Shown here in pieces: positions 8,728-17,861 of a stretch of DNA of 64,000 bases (positions are counted from its first letter, which is position 1; each line of letters begins with the position of its first letter). This DNA is from Lachnospiraceae bacterium (lineage in GTDB: Bacteria; Bacillota; Clostridia; Lachnospirales; Lachnospiraceae). Made by a program: the position numbers and the translations under genes. The stretch is taken from contig JAILNQ010000125.1 in assembly GCA_024691425.1 (NCBI GenBank), forward strand, positions 7,736 to 71,735, in the 5' to 3' direction. The notes under the pieces were generated by a model that was given only the letters and a program-made list of their open reading frames with translations, did not search any database and was not told the DNA's origin.

Positions 8728-9141
8728 ATGAAACGGTTGGAGACGGATGCCGTCAGAGAAAATCTCAGCGAGATCCTCGCGTTCATTGACAGCGAGCTGG
8801 AGAATGCGGATTGCCCGCTAAAGGTGATGTACCTGATCGATATCGCAGCCGAAGAGATTTTCGTGAACATAGCCAGTTACGCATACGGACCTGAAGGAGG
8901 AAAGGCGGCGATCGAGATCGAGCTCGAGGATGAGCCGAAGACGGCAGTCATCACGTTCAGGGACAGCGGAATCCCATATAATCCCCTTGAAAAAGAGGAC
9001 CCTGACATCACGCTTTCGGCAGAGGAGAGGCAGATAGGCGGCCTCGGTATTTTCATGGTCAAAAAGAGCATGGATTCTGTCATCTACGATCACAGTGACG
9101 GCCAGAACGTTCTGACCATCCGCAAGGTGCTGGAAGGGTGA
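8728..9141 (+). CDS. anti-sigma regulatory factor-like Ser/Thr protein kinase (RsbW/SpoIIAB-type HATPase)
   Basis: ATG 8728 follows GAAAGGAAA. The track start 8701 would lie inside the terminator U-tract. Bergerat-fold boxes are present: AAEEIFVNIASYA (N box), RDSGIPYNP (G1), GGLGIFMVKK (G2). Confidence 0.85.
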   Translation: MKRLETDAVRENLSEILAFIDSELENADCPLKVMYLIDIAAEEIFVNIASYAYGPEGGKAAIEIELEDEPKTAVITFRDSGIPYNPLEKEDPDITLSAEERQIGGLGIFMVKKSMDSVIYDHSDGQNVLTIRKVLEG

Positions 9142-9146
9142 GCTGA

Positions 9147-10304
9147 ATGATTCTTTCGTCGAAAATGAACCGGTTCGGAGTGGAGGTATTCACCGGACTT
9201 GATATAAAAAGAAAAGAGCTCGAGGAGCGCGGAAGGCGCGTGTATAACTTAAGCATCGGGACGCCTGACATTGAGCCTCCGGAAGAGGTGAGGGCTGCTC
9301 TTAATGAAGCTTCGAAAGAACCCGGGGCATGGAAATACGCTCTTTATGACCTTCCTGAAATGACGGAAGCCGTGATTTCGCATTATAAGAAAAGGTTTTC
9401 AGTCAGCCTTACTCCGGAGCTTGTTACGAGCTGCAGCGGAACGCAGACGGCTCTTTTGCATGTTTTTCTCGCACTGTGCGATCCAGGGGATACCGTGCTT
9501 CTGCCGGATCCCGGCTATCCAGGCTTTCTTGCCGCGGCGTACATTGCGCAGGTTTGCATACAGTATTATCCCCTTGTAAAAGAAAACGGCTTCGTACCGG
9601 ATCTTTCATCGATTCCGGAGGATGTTGCAAAGGCCGCGAAGATGATCGTTGTCAATCTGCCGTCCAATCCGCTCGGAACGACAGCACCTTCCGGCTTTTA
9701 TGATGAGCTTGCCGAATGGGCAAGAAAATATGATGTTTTTGTTGTCTCCGACAACCCATACAGGGATATGGTATTTGACGGTGCAAAAGGAGAGAGTTTT
9801 CTTGAGGCCGAAGGCGCAACGGATGTCGGGATCGAACTGTTCTCACTGTCAAAGACATACTGCATAACCGGAGCCAGGATAGGATTTGTTGCCGGCAATC
9901 AGAAGGCAATAGATGCTGTCAGGACGATCCGCGAGCACATAGATTTCGGAATGTTCATACCGCTCCAGAGGGCTGCCGTTGCGGCGCTGTCGCTTCCGCT
10001 TTCGTATGCCGAGAATATCTGCTCCATCTATGAGGAACGAAGGGACGTGTTCTGCGGCGGACTTCGCAGCGCAGGATGGGATGTTGCCGATCCGAAGGGA
10101 GCGTTCTTCGTATGGTGCCCGATTCCGGAAGGATTTTCTAGCTCCATGGAATTTTGTGATGTTCTTCTTGAAAAGACGGGAATACTGTGCACGCCCGGTC
10201 CGGCATTCGGTTCGGGCGGTGAGGGCTATGTCAGATTCGCGCTCGTTGATGACAAGGAGATTCTTGCCGAGGCGGCATATGCGATAAAGGAAAGCGGGTT
10301 ATGA
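9147..10304 (+). CDS. class I/II pyridoxal-phosphate-dependent aminotransferase
   Basis: 385 aa. YNLSIGTPDIEPPEEV, NPLGT and the PLP-lysine context SLSKTYCITGARIGF. Confidence 0.85.
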   Translation: MILSSKMNRFGVEVFTGLDIKRKELEERGRRVYNLSIGTPDIEPPEEVRAALNEASKEPGAWKYALYDLPEMTEAVISHYKKRFSVSLTPELVTSCSGTQTALLHVFLALCDPGDTVLLPDPGYPGFLAAAYIAQVCIQYYPLVKENGFVPDLSSIPEDVAKAAKMIVVNLPSNPLGTTAPSGFYDELAEWARKYDVFVVSDNPYRDMVFDGAKGESFLEAEGATDVGIELFSLSKTYCITGARIGFVAGNQKAIDAVRTIREHIDFGMFIPLQRAAVAALSLPLSYAENICSIYEERRDVFCGGLRSAGWDVADPKGAFFVWCPIPEGFSSSMEFCDVLLEKTGILCTPGPAFGSGGEGYVRFALVDDKEILAEAAYAIKESGL

Positions 10305-10305
10305 T

Positions 10306-11271
10306 ATGAGGATCGTGCTTTTCGCATACCAAACAACACCGCACATAGATGAGTGGAAAAAGGCATTTTCTGCCAATGGCGTACCATTTGATATCGCCTA
10401 TGATGCTTCGGATGATAATGATATTGTAAATGCCTGCAAAGACGCGGATGTCGCGGTGACTCTCATAACACCCTTCCGGAGGGAAGTTCTTGGCCGGATT
10501 AAAAGCGTTAAGCGTATCGTGATCGCAGCGATGGGCTGTGACTGTGTTGATGTCAAAGCGGCGGAAAAGCTCGGCATAGAGGTATTGAACATACCTGATT
10601 ATGCCGTCGAGGAGGTCGCCGTTCATCAGATGGCGCTTATGCTCGCGAGCCTCCGCCATATAAACATATACTCTGATTACATAAAAGCCGGCAAGTGGAC
10701 GGATCCGGACTTCGCACTCGATTTTCCGGTCCACAGGCTTTCGGGTCTGACATACGGGCTCATAGGATTCGGACGCATAGCGAAAAAAGTCTGCACTTAT
10801 CTTCATGCGTTCGGAATGAAAGTCATTGCTTATGATCCTTATGTTCCGGCTGAGGAGATTACGATCAGCAAAGCGCAGCCGGCAACCCTCGATGAGGTTT
10901 TAAGCTCCAGCGACGTGATCTCGCCGAACCTTCCTCTGACCGCGGAGAGCAGGCATATGATCGGCCGCAGGCAGTTCGATGCAATGAAGCCCGGCGTTGT
11001 CATAGTGAACACCGGAAGAGGAGCGGTCATCGATCACGAGGCGCTCTGTGAAGCGATCGGTTCAGGAAAAGTTTCGGCTTTTGCCTGCGATGTTTTTGAG
11101 AATGAACCTTTCAATGACATGACTAGCCCGCTTATGAAGTCTGACAGATGCATCATGACGCCGCATATCGCTTACCTGTCGGAAGAATCAATGAGCGAGC
11201 TTATATCTAAAACCGTATCGGCGGCCCTTTACGGATCTGAAGATGCTGAAAACGCAAAGGAGAGACCATGA
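10306..11271 (+). CDS. D-isomer-specific 2-hydroxyacid dehydrogenase family, NAD-binding
   Basis: 321 aa. Rossmann motif GLIGFGRIAKKV, then NTGRGAVID and MTPHIAY typical of the family. The start is 1 nt after the upstream stop. Confidence 0.85.
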   Translation: MRIVLFAYQTTPHIDEWKKAFSANGVPFDIAYDASDDNDIVNACKDADVAVTLITPFRREVLGRIKSVKRIVIAAMGCDCVDVKAAEKLGIEVLNIPDYAVEEVAVHQMALMLASLRHINIYSDYIKAGKWTDPDFALDFPVHRLSGLTYGLIGFGRIAKKVCTYLHAFGMKVIAYDPYVPAEEITISKAQPATLDEVLSSSDVISPNLPLTAESRHMIGRRQFDAMKPGVVIVNTGRGAVIDHEALCEAIGSGKVSAFACDVFENEPFNDMTSPLMKSDRCIMTPHIAYLSEESMSELISKTVSAALYGSEDAENAKERP

Positions 11272-13052
11272 ACAAAAACAACAATTCACTGGCCACAAAA
11301 TTCATCAAGATATTCATTTTCTTCATCCTGGTCACGATAATCATAACCGCTGCCGCGACTTACATAACGCAGAACAGGATCTACTATAACCAGAACATGG
11401 AACTGCTCGCGAAAGTAAACACTTTCATAGGCGGAGAGATGAATGAGGACATTGATGAGTTTGCCGCTCTCCAGGAATATTTTGATGCTCATTCGTCGGA
11501 GATGCTGATACCGTATGAGTATTCGGAACTTCTGGATGATTACTTCCTTGAGTTCAGATCCGCGTTCAAGAAAAATTATCCGGACAGCGTTTTCGGAAAA
11601 GATGTCAGATATGATCAGCTCGATGATGAAACGGCCGCTCTTTACTTCAGGTATCTGTATCTTAAGTATCTGATACTTTTTGATGACATCAGGGATGAGT
11701 TCAAGCTTGATTATGCATATTACATTTATCCTACGGGTGACAAGTACACGATGTGCTTCATGTTCGACGGTCCCCGTGATGAGAAAGTCGTGGACGGCCA
11801 GTCATATCTCGATCTCGGCATCACGAGCTATCAGGAACCTTCCATACATGAGAACCTCTGGGCAGCTTACAATTCAGGCATGCCGGCGGAGAGAATGGAT
11901 GCATACGACAATGAATACGGCCACGTCTACAGCTATCCGACTCCGGTAAAATACGGTGATAAAGTTCTCGGCGTGATACTGACTGACATCAATTACAGCT
12001 ACGTCAACGGATCGATAAGAAACACGGCGATCGCGCTCGTCGGACTGTACGTTGTAGTTCTCGGCATATGTTCCGCGGCCATCATCGTTTATGTGAGGAA
12101 GACGATGCTGAAGCGCATAACCGTGCTCGAGGGGCATGTTCAGCAGTACGCAAGGGAAAAGGATCCTGCGATCGCCGACAGGATAAAGACGGATGATAAA
12201 GATGAGGATGAGATAACGTCCCTGTCGATGGAATTCTCGAAAATGATCACCCGCCTTCACGAATATATGGATAACCTGACTGCAGTCACTGCAGAGAAGG
12301 AAAGGATAGGAGCGGAGCTCAGCATCGCCACGGAGATCCAGGCATCGATGCTTCCGAGGATCTTCCCGCCGTTCCCTGAAAGAAAGGATTTCACTCTGTT
12401 TGCGTCAATGGATCCCGCTAAAGAGGTAGGCGGAGATTTCTATGATTTCTTCATGCTCGATGATGACCATTTAGCTCTTGTCATGGCGGATGTTTCCGGA
12501 AAAGGTGTTCCTGCGTCGCTCTTCATGGCGATATCGAAAGTCATGATAAAGGATAATTCATACTCCTGCAGCTCACCGGCTGAAACGCTGTACCACGTCA
12601 ATAATCAGCTCTGCGGCGAAAATGATGCGGCGCTTTTCGTGACCGTATGGCTCGGAATTGTTGAGCTTTCAACCGGAATTGTTACATATTCGGACGCAGG
12701 CCATGAGTATCCTGTGATCCTGAAAAAATCAGGCGAAACCGAGATCATAAAGCCGGAAAAGAAGAAACCTCCCGTTGCGACTATGGAGGATATCACATAC
12801 ATCGACTGTACCCTCAAGCTCGAAAAGGGAGATACGCTATTCCTTTACACGGACGGCGTCCCCGAAGCCACCAACTCAGACAACGAGCTTTACGATATGT
12901 CAAGGCTTGTCGCAGTACTTGCAAAAAGCGCGGGGGCATCGCCTACGGAGCTTCTTCCTAAGGTCAGGGCGGACGTGGATGCGTTCGTCGGAGACGCGGT
13001 TCAGTTCGATGATCTTACGATGCTCGCCTTCAGACTGGAAGAGCAGTCATGA
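11268..13052 (+). CDS. membrane-bound HAMP-domain PP2C phosphatase (SpoIIE/RsbU family)
   Basis: 594 aa with ATGA overlap on the upstream gene. TM, ~220-aa extracytoplasmic region, TM, HAMP-like linker, then PPM motifs GGDFYDF, MADVSGKGVPASLFMA, LYTDGVPEA and FDDLTMLAF. Confidence 0.9.
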   Translation: MNKNNNSLATKFIKIFIFFILVTIIITAAATYITQNRIYYNQNMELLAKVNTFIGGEMNEDIDEFAALQEYFDAHSSEMLIPYEYSELLDDYFLEFRSAFKKNYPDSVFGKDVRYDQLDDETAALYFRYLYLKYLILFDDIRDEFKLDYAYYIYPTGDKYTMCFMFDGPRDEKVVDGQSYLDLGITSYQEPSIHENLWAAYNSGMPAERMDAYDNEYGHVYSYPTPVKYGDKVLGVILTDINYSYVNGSIRNTAIALVGLYVVVLGICSAAIIVYVRKTMLKRITVLEGHVQQYAREKDPAIADRIKTDDKDEDEITSLSMEFSKMITRLHEYMDNLTAVTAEKERIGAELSIATEIQASMLPRIFPPFPERKDFTLFASMDPAKEVGGDFYDFFMLDDDHLALVMADVSGKGVPASLFMAISKVMIKDNSYSCSSPAETLYHVNNQLCGENDAALFVTVWLGIVELSTGIVTYSDAGHEYPVILKKSGETEIIKPEKKKPPVATMEDITYIDCTLKLEKGDTLFLYTDGVPEATNSDNELYDMSRLVAVLAKSAGASPTELLPKVRADVDAFVGDAVQFDDLTMLAFRLEEQS

Positions 13053-14494
13053 AAGACATCATAAAAACATGCAGAAGCTGCAATACGACAGTCGACAGGA
13101 TGATGTCATCCGATATGACATTGGACGGATGGCTTGAACATGAGATCGGGAAACTGAAAGGGAACTGCAGGATCGCGCATGTCCTGAAAAAAGATGATCT
13201 CATAGATGAATGCTGCAGCTATATAGGTGCGCGTCTGTCTGATGAGGCGGCGCATATGGTCGGCTCTGTCATGGAAAGCGGGATTTTCTATACGGCCGAT
13301 CATCTCGGCGGGCTGTATTCGGCGCAGTCGTTCCAGGGAGACCTGCTCTACGCGAGGCTTCTTAAGAAACTGCATGGCGACCTGCCGTGTGTTCCCATGG
13401 TTTCGTTCGGTCTTGTTCCGATAAACAGCTCTACATATGCAAGAGGCCTGATCGCGTATTCGAGAACTGATGAGGCGGAGCATATCCCGCTTCTTCCGAA
13501 GATGCCGACGAATGCGGCGGCTTCGCTCTCGGACGCGTTCACATCTCTGATGGCAAGGAGCACGAAAGATAAAGCGCTTGCAAGGGTAAAAAGCTATCTC
13601 GTAAAAAAGAAGATCCGTGAGGTCATGGAAAACCTCTATCAGAGCGACGGGGTGCTGTCGCAGAAAAGATTCGCCGATCAGGTGCTCTTCCTCGGAGAAG
13701 GATTATATGAAAGGCTTTGCCCAACGATATGCCAGGGGAATTTCTGGCATATGGAAGCGGAAAGTATTTTCGCTTCGCTGTTCATGAAGGATTATTCCGA
13801 ACGCGGAGGTTTCATCCGGGACTTTCTGCTCGATCCGAAGACGGTCAGAGCGCTCAATGAAATTGCAGATGATGAGGGAAGAAAACTATCCGGACTGATC
13901 TTCAGGGGATGCAGCGACAGAAGGTGTTTTGCTCTGAATCTTGATGAGGACGGGAAACTGCGGGGCACGGATGTTAACGCTAAAAGCTACGAGTTCAGCA
14001 TGTCGGAAGATGAGCTGGGTGATGCGATAAAGTCGAGGCAGGTACTGCCGCACGTTTATCTGTCGTGGCTCCTTTCTAGTTATCTGCGAGGGTTCACATG
14101 GTTCGGCGGGATACTCCAGTCCGTCTATCTTCAGGACTGGAACAAAAGAACATGTGAAATGATGGAATCGCTCGGGTATGAGGACATAGCGAACCCCCGG
14201 AGGGACTTTGATGATTCGGGGTACTTGAGCGGACCGATATACATGCTTTTTGATACAGGGGATGGAGCAGTAAATGCAGGGCCTTTTGAGCTCATGGCTA
14301 AACCGATCACGCCCGAAAGATACAACGCACTGTTTGAAACCGACATGAAGTCTGCCCATGAAATGGGCTGCTTTGAATTCTACAACGACATCGCTGCGGC
14401 AGCTGAGAAAGGAGATAACTGGTATGAAAGGATCGCGGCATACGCAAAGGAACACTATAGCGCATACACGCTTCAGAACCTTCAGGACGCTTAG
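13049..14494 (+). CDS. hypothetical cytoplasmic protein (481 aa), no family recognised
   Basis: Long ORF with ATGA overlap on the PP2C gene and protein-like composition. No TM segment or signal peptide. I recognise no motif. Confidence 0.75.
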   Translation: MKDIIKTCRSCNTTVDRMMSSDMTLDGWLEHEIGKLKGNCRIAHVLKKDDLIDECCSYIGARLSDEAAHMVGSVMESGIFYTADHLGGLYSAQSFQGDLLYARLLKKLHGDLPCVPMVSFGLVPINSSTYARGLIAYSRTDEAEHIPLLPKMPTNAAASLSDAFTSLMARSTKDKALARVKSYLVKKKIREVMENLYQSDGVLSQKRFADQVLFLGEGLYERLCPTICQGNFWHMEAESIFASLFMKDYSERGGFIRDFLLDPKTVRALNEIADDEGRKLSGLIFRGCSDRRCFALNLDEDGKLRGTDVNAKSYEFSMSEDELGDAIKSRQVLPHVYLSWLLSSYLRGFTWFGGILQSVYLQDWNKRTCEMMESLGYEDIANPRRDFDDSGYLSGPIYMLFDTGDGAVNAGPFELMAKPITPERYNALFETDMKSAHEMGCFEFYNDIAAAAEKGDNWYERIAAYAKEHYSAYTLQNLQDA

Positions 14495-15626
14495 CGCAGC
14501 AATGATCGTTCTCGCCATGTTCCTTTCAGGATGCTCGGGAAGGAACGAGGTCGTCATAGACGTCGCAGGTCAGGATTATGAGTTTGAAACCGAACCTGTT
14601 GCACGTCCTGACGGTGAGCCGTTCAGGATCGCGTTCATGGATCTCGGGCCGCCGATCGAAAGCTCATATCTGTGCCTGAAAGGATTCGTTGAAGGCCTCC
14701 AGACGCTCGGATACATAAACGAAAGTATTGATTTTTCCGAAGCTCCGGCGGAATTCTTCGCATACTATGATTTTGTTCTGTCACATGATCTCGGAAAGTA
14801 TGTTTCATTTGATGATGAACCGTACATGATAGGAGTAGGTGATGATGAACGGATAAAAGAGACGCTTGTTTCTGAAAGTGAGTCTGGAGCTCTCGACATA
14901 GTCGTTGGTACGGGAACCGATCCGGGAATTTTCCTGAAGGAACTTGATCTTGAGATTCCTTTTCTCATATGTCTTGCGACCGATCCGGTTGCCTCAGGGA
15001 TAATAGATTCGGCGGAGGATACGGGCGATGACGATATATGGGCACTTGTCGAGCCGAATCCTTACAAGAGGCAGTTCGAGGGTTATCAGAAGATGCTCGG
15101 TTTCGACCGCATCGCTATGATGACCGTGAACGGAATGGATACGATTACCGGCAACCCTCTTTACCGTGAAAAGGCCGGAGAGCTCGGAGTTAAGATCGAT
15201 GAGATCAACTTCTCCGAGGAGGAATCACTTGAAGAAGACTATTACGATCAGATGTATGAAAGTTTAAAAAATGCTGATCTTTCAGAAGATGATGCGATTC
15301 TTTTCGCGTACGGGACGATGGATGACGCAAGCGCTCCTGAGCTTTCCGGATATGCGGCCGAAAAGGGCATTCCGTCCCTTATCGGTGATGGTGATTCGAT
15401 AAGTGAAATGGGCGGCATGATGTGCCTTTCATGTTTCGACTACGAGGGGTACGGCAATTATGCCTCGATGGTTGCGAGCAATGTCTTCCATGGACAGAAG
15501 GCCGGGAAGCAGCCGTGCATCTACACTAGCTCGCCGCATGTTGTTCTTAACATGACGACGGCGAAAAACACAGGATTCGTAACAGGATTCGATCTGTTGA
15601 GAGGCGTTGACAGGATATACAGATAG
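14424..15626 (+). CDS. lipoprotein, ABC-type substrate-binding-protein-like (PF04392-like fold family)
   Basis: ATG 14424 has AAGGAG 8 nt upstream. Lipobox AMFLSGC follows a basic N-region. ATDPVASGII resembles the [AV]TDPV motif of the ABC_sub_bind family. ATG 14502 is an alternative start. Confidence 0.75.
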   Translation: MKGSRHTQRNTIAHTRFRTFRTLSAAMIVLAMFLSGCSGRNEVVIDVAGQDYEFETEPVARPDGEPFRIAFMDLGPPIESSYLCLKGFVEGLQTLGYINESIDFSEAPAEFFAYYDFVLSHDLGKYVSFDDEPYMIGVGDDERIKETLVSESESGALDIVVGTGTDPGIFLKELDLEIPFLICLATDPVASGIIDSAEDTGDDDIWALVEPNPYKRQFEGYQKMLGFDRIAMMTVNGMDTITGNPLYREKAGELGVKIDEINFSEEESLEEDYYDQMYESLKNADLSEDDAILFAYGTMDDASAPELSGYAAEKGIPSLIGDGDSISEMGGMMCLSCFDYEGYGNYASMVASNVFHGQKAGKQPCIYTSSPHVVLNMTTAKNTGFVTGFDLLRGVDRIYR

Positions 15627-15635
15627 GGACAGAAA

Positions 15636-17861
15636 ATGAAAGCATTTTTCCGTGAATACTACATCATACTCATAATCACCGCATTGTCTGCCGTGGCGCT
15701 GTGTGCGCTGAGCTACCTTACGGTTCTCGATTATTCCTATTCCAATGAGGAGCAGTATATAATAACGTGCAACGAAACTGCGGTGGAGGAAATCGAAACG
15801 TCGCTCCAGTACGGCAAAAGACTGTCGAATTATTACGGAATCGGCCAGGTTCTGCAAAGAAGCCGGGAGCTTATTAGCGACGGCGGAATGGATTCCATCG
15901 TTGTCGTAGAGGATGCGGACGGCAATGTCATTGCTACCACGAAGGATGAGGACCATTTCGTCATACCGCTTTCCGAATACGGAACAGTCCGGCAGGATAT
16001 CCTTGACGGCGATAAGACAGCAGGAGTCCTGACTACTTATTATTCCAAGAAGAACGTTGTTTCTTCGCTTGCTCCCTCGGCAAGGCGCTCGACGTTCGGG
16101 AGCATAGGAATACTCGCACTTCTTATCATCGTTCTGGTTACCGTTGGCGTTAAGAAAAACTGGCAGGCGAACAGGATAGTTTTCGCCGCAGTTGCTGCCA
16201 TAGTACTCCAGGGTATATTCCTTACTGCCGTTTACGAGCAGGAGTTCGTAAGAGCATCCGAGAAGAGCATTAAAGGTGTTGCTTCGTATATCGGTGCATC
16301 AATAGACGGCGTGCTCGAAAAGGGCGTTGAGATGGATGAGATAGCGGATCTCGGAGACTATCTCGAGAAGAAGAAGCAGGAAAATGATTTCATAAAAGAC
16401 ATTTACATTGAGCGTACCGAAAAGGTTGTTGATGATGACGACCTGTTCGTTGCCGAGATAGAAAACACGGATTCAAGCCTTGTACTGTCATGCCGGATAG
16501 CTGACGGCTATATAAGGAAGAACGTCATCAACATGGTGCTGATGTTCGTTGCGACGATAATACTTGCGGTCATCGTGCTCAAAGAATCGCTTCCCCTTTC
16601 AGATATGATCGCGTTCAGGAAGAGCGGCGAGTTCGAAAAGCCTGTAAAGGATCAGTACGATAACGTAGCAAGAGCAATACGGTACGGAAATTTCCTGTCG
16701 CTGACTTTTGAATATATGTGTCTTTCGTTCTCGGCTCTGCAGATAAAGGAATGGAACCAGGGGGCATGGGGACTTTCACCTGTCATGGCGGCGGCCCTTT
16801 CGATATCGATATGCTCCATAGCGGATATCGCGGGAATGATCGCTATGCCTGCCGTCAGCAAGAAGATGAACACGCGACTTCTCATGATAGTATCAGCGGT
16901 TGTGATCGCTGTATCGAATCTGTCATGCTTCTTTACAGGCTCGACAGTGGTCATTATCGTGATGAGATTCTTTGCGGGTGCGGGTGCAGCAGGCACTAAG
17001 CAGGTAAGAAATGAGGTCATAACAAAAGGCTGCGGCAATGAGGAGCAGCGCAACAGCAATCTCACTGCAAGCAATATGGGAGTCATAGGAGGACTGCTGT
17101 GCGGCCTCGGCCTCGGGGGCGTCGTGGCCGGAGTTTTCGGATATCAGGCTACGTTCCTTGTGGCAGGAGTCGGACATCTTCTCTACCTCCTTTTCGAATA
17201 TGCATGCATCCCTTGGAAACTCATAGCAGAGCATGCTTCGGTAACTTCTTCGGAAGGTCCGGGAAGGCATCCTCTGAAAAGGATCGGCGCTGTCATTTCA
17301 TCTTTCTCGGTATGGCGCACTCTGATAACTATAGTAGTACCGCAGTATTTTCTCATAATGATAATCGTATGCCTGATTCCCGGACGTATACAGTCGCTCG
17401 AACTTCCCGGCGTAGTTCTGACGTATGCGAACCTTCTTAACGGAATCATAGGGCTTTATGTCGGAGAGATCGTTTACAGCAAGCTCCGTGGCAGAATAAA
17501 GAATGATCTGAAGATACAGGCCATCGTTCTGGCGGCGGGTGCCGTTTCGCTCATGATGCTCGACATACCGTTTGCTTTTTCGCTGCTCATCCTTATTTCG
17601 GCGAGCATAGCAGGCCTTCTCGACGGAGTAGGCACTCCGGTATCAACCGATCTGTTCATGAAGATTCCGGCTATAAATGAACACTTGAACGGCACCGAAA
17701 GCCTCATGGTCTATTCGGTCATTGGAAGCGCAGTCATGGCCATTGCTCCTTTTATCCTCGAACTGTGCGAGAAGAGCATGATCTGGATGTTTTCCGTCGG
17801 AGGCGTGTTCCTTCTGCTGTCAGCCGTGCTTTTTGCTGAGAAGGGAAGTGCGGAGTCTTGA
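15636..17861 (+). CDS. polytopic membrane protein: N-terminal sensor-like module fused to a 12-TM MFS-like domain
   Basis: 741 aa. TM1, ~125-aa extracytoplasmic segment, two TMs, ~100-aa acidic soluble segment, one TM, then 6+6 TM helices with a central loop and the MFS-like motif MRFFAGAGAAG. Confidence 0.8.
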   Translation: MKAFFREYYIILIITALSAVALCALSYLTVLDYSYSNEEQYIITCNETAVEEIETSLQYGKRLSNYYGIGQVLQRSRELISDGGMDSIVVVEDADGNVIATTKDEDHFVIPLSEYGTVRQDILDGDKTAGVLTTYYSKKNVVSSLAPSARRSTFGSIGILALLIIVLVTVGVKKNWQANRIVFAAVAAIVLQGIFLTAVYEQEFVRASEKSIKGVASYIGASIDGVLEKGVEMDEIADLGDYLEKKKQENDFIKDIYIERTEKVVDDDDLFVAEIENTDSSLVLSCRIADGYIRKNVINMVLMFVATIILAVIVLKESLPLSDMIAFRKSGEFEKPVKDQYDNVARAIRYGNFLSLTFEYMCLSFSALQIKEWNQGAWGLSPVMAAALSISICSIADIAGMIAMPAVSKKMNTRLLMIVSAVVIAVSNLSCFFTGSTVVIIVMRFFAGAGAAGTKQVRNEVITKGCGNEEQRNSNLTASNMGVIGGLLCGLGLGGVVAGVFGYQATFLVAGVGHLLYLLFEYACIPWKLIAEHASVTSSEGPGRHPLKRIGAVISSFSVWRTLITIVVPQYFLIMIIVCLIPGRIQSLELPGVVLTYANLLNGIIGLYVGEIVYSKLRGRIKNDLKIQAIVLAAGAVSLMMLDIPFAFSLLILISASIAGLLDGVGTPVSTDLFMKIPAINEHLNGTESLMVYSVIGSAVMAIAPFILELCEKSMIWMFSVGGVFLLLSAVLFAEKGSAES

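Noticed and set aside
8334-13052. Considered annotating the STAS/kinase/PP2C genes as spoIIAA/spoIIAB/spoIIE or rsbV/rsbW/rsbU.
   Set aside because: No sigma F or sigma B gene follows the kinase. The phosphatase is far shorter than SpoIIE and has a HAMP-linked sensor. The specific gene names would be unsupported, so only family-level calls are given.
13886-14557. 223-aa minus-strand ORF spanning the junction of the 481-aa ORF and the lipoprotein gene.
   Set aside because: Its Arg/Cys/Pro-rich composition is unlike real proteins. It has no RBS, and it overlaps two + strand ORFs that sit in a tightly coupled operon. It is treated as a shadow ORF. The + strand 481-aa protein is itself unrecognised, so this call rests on composition and context only.
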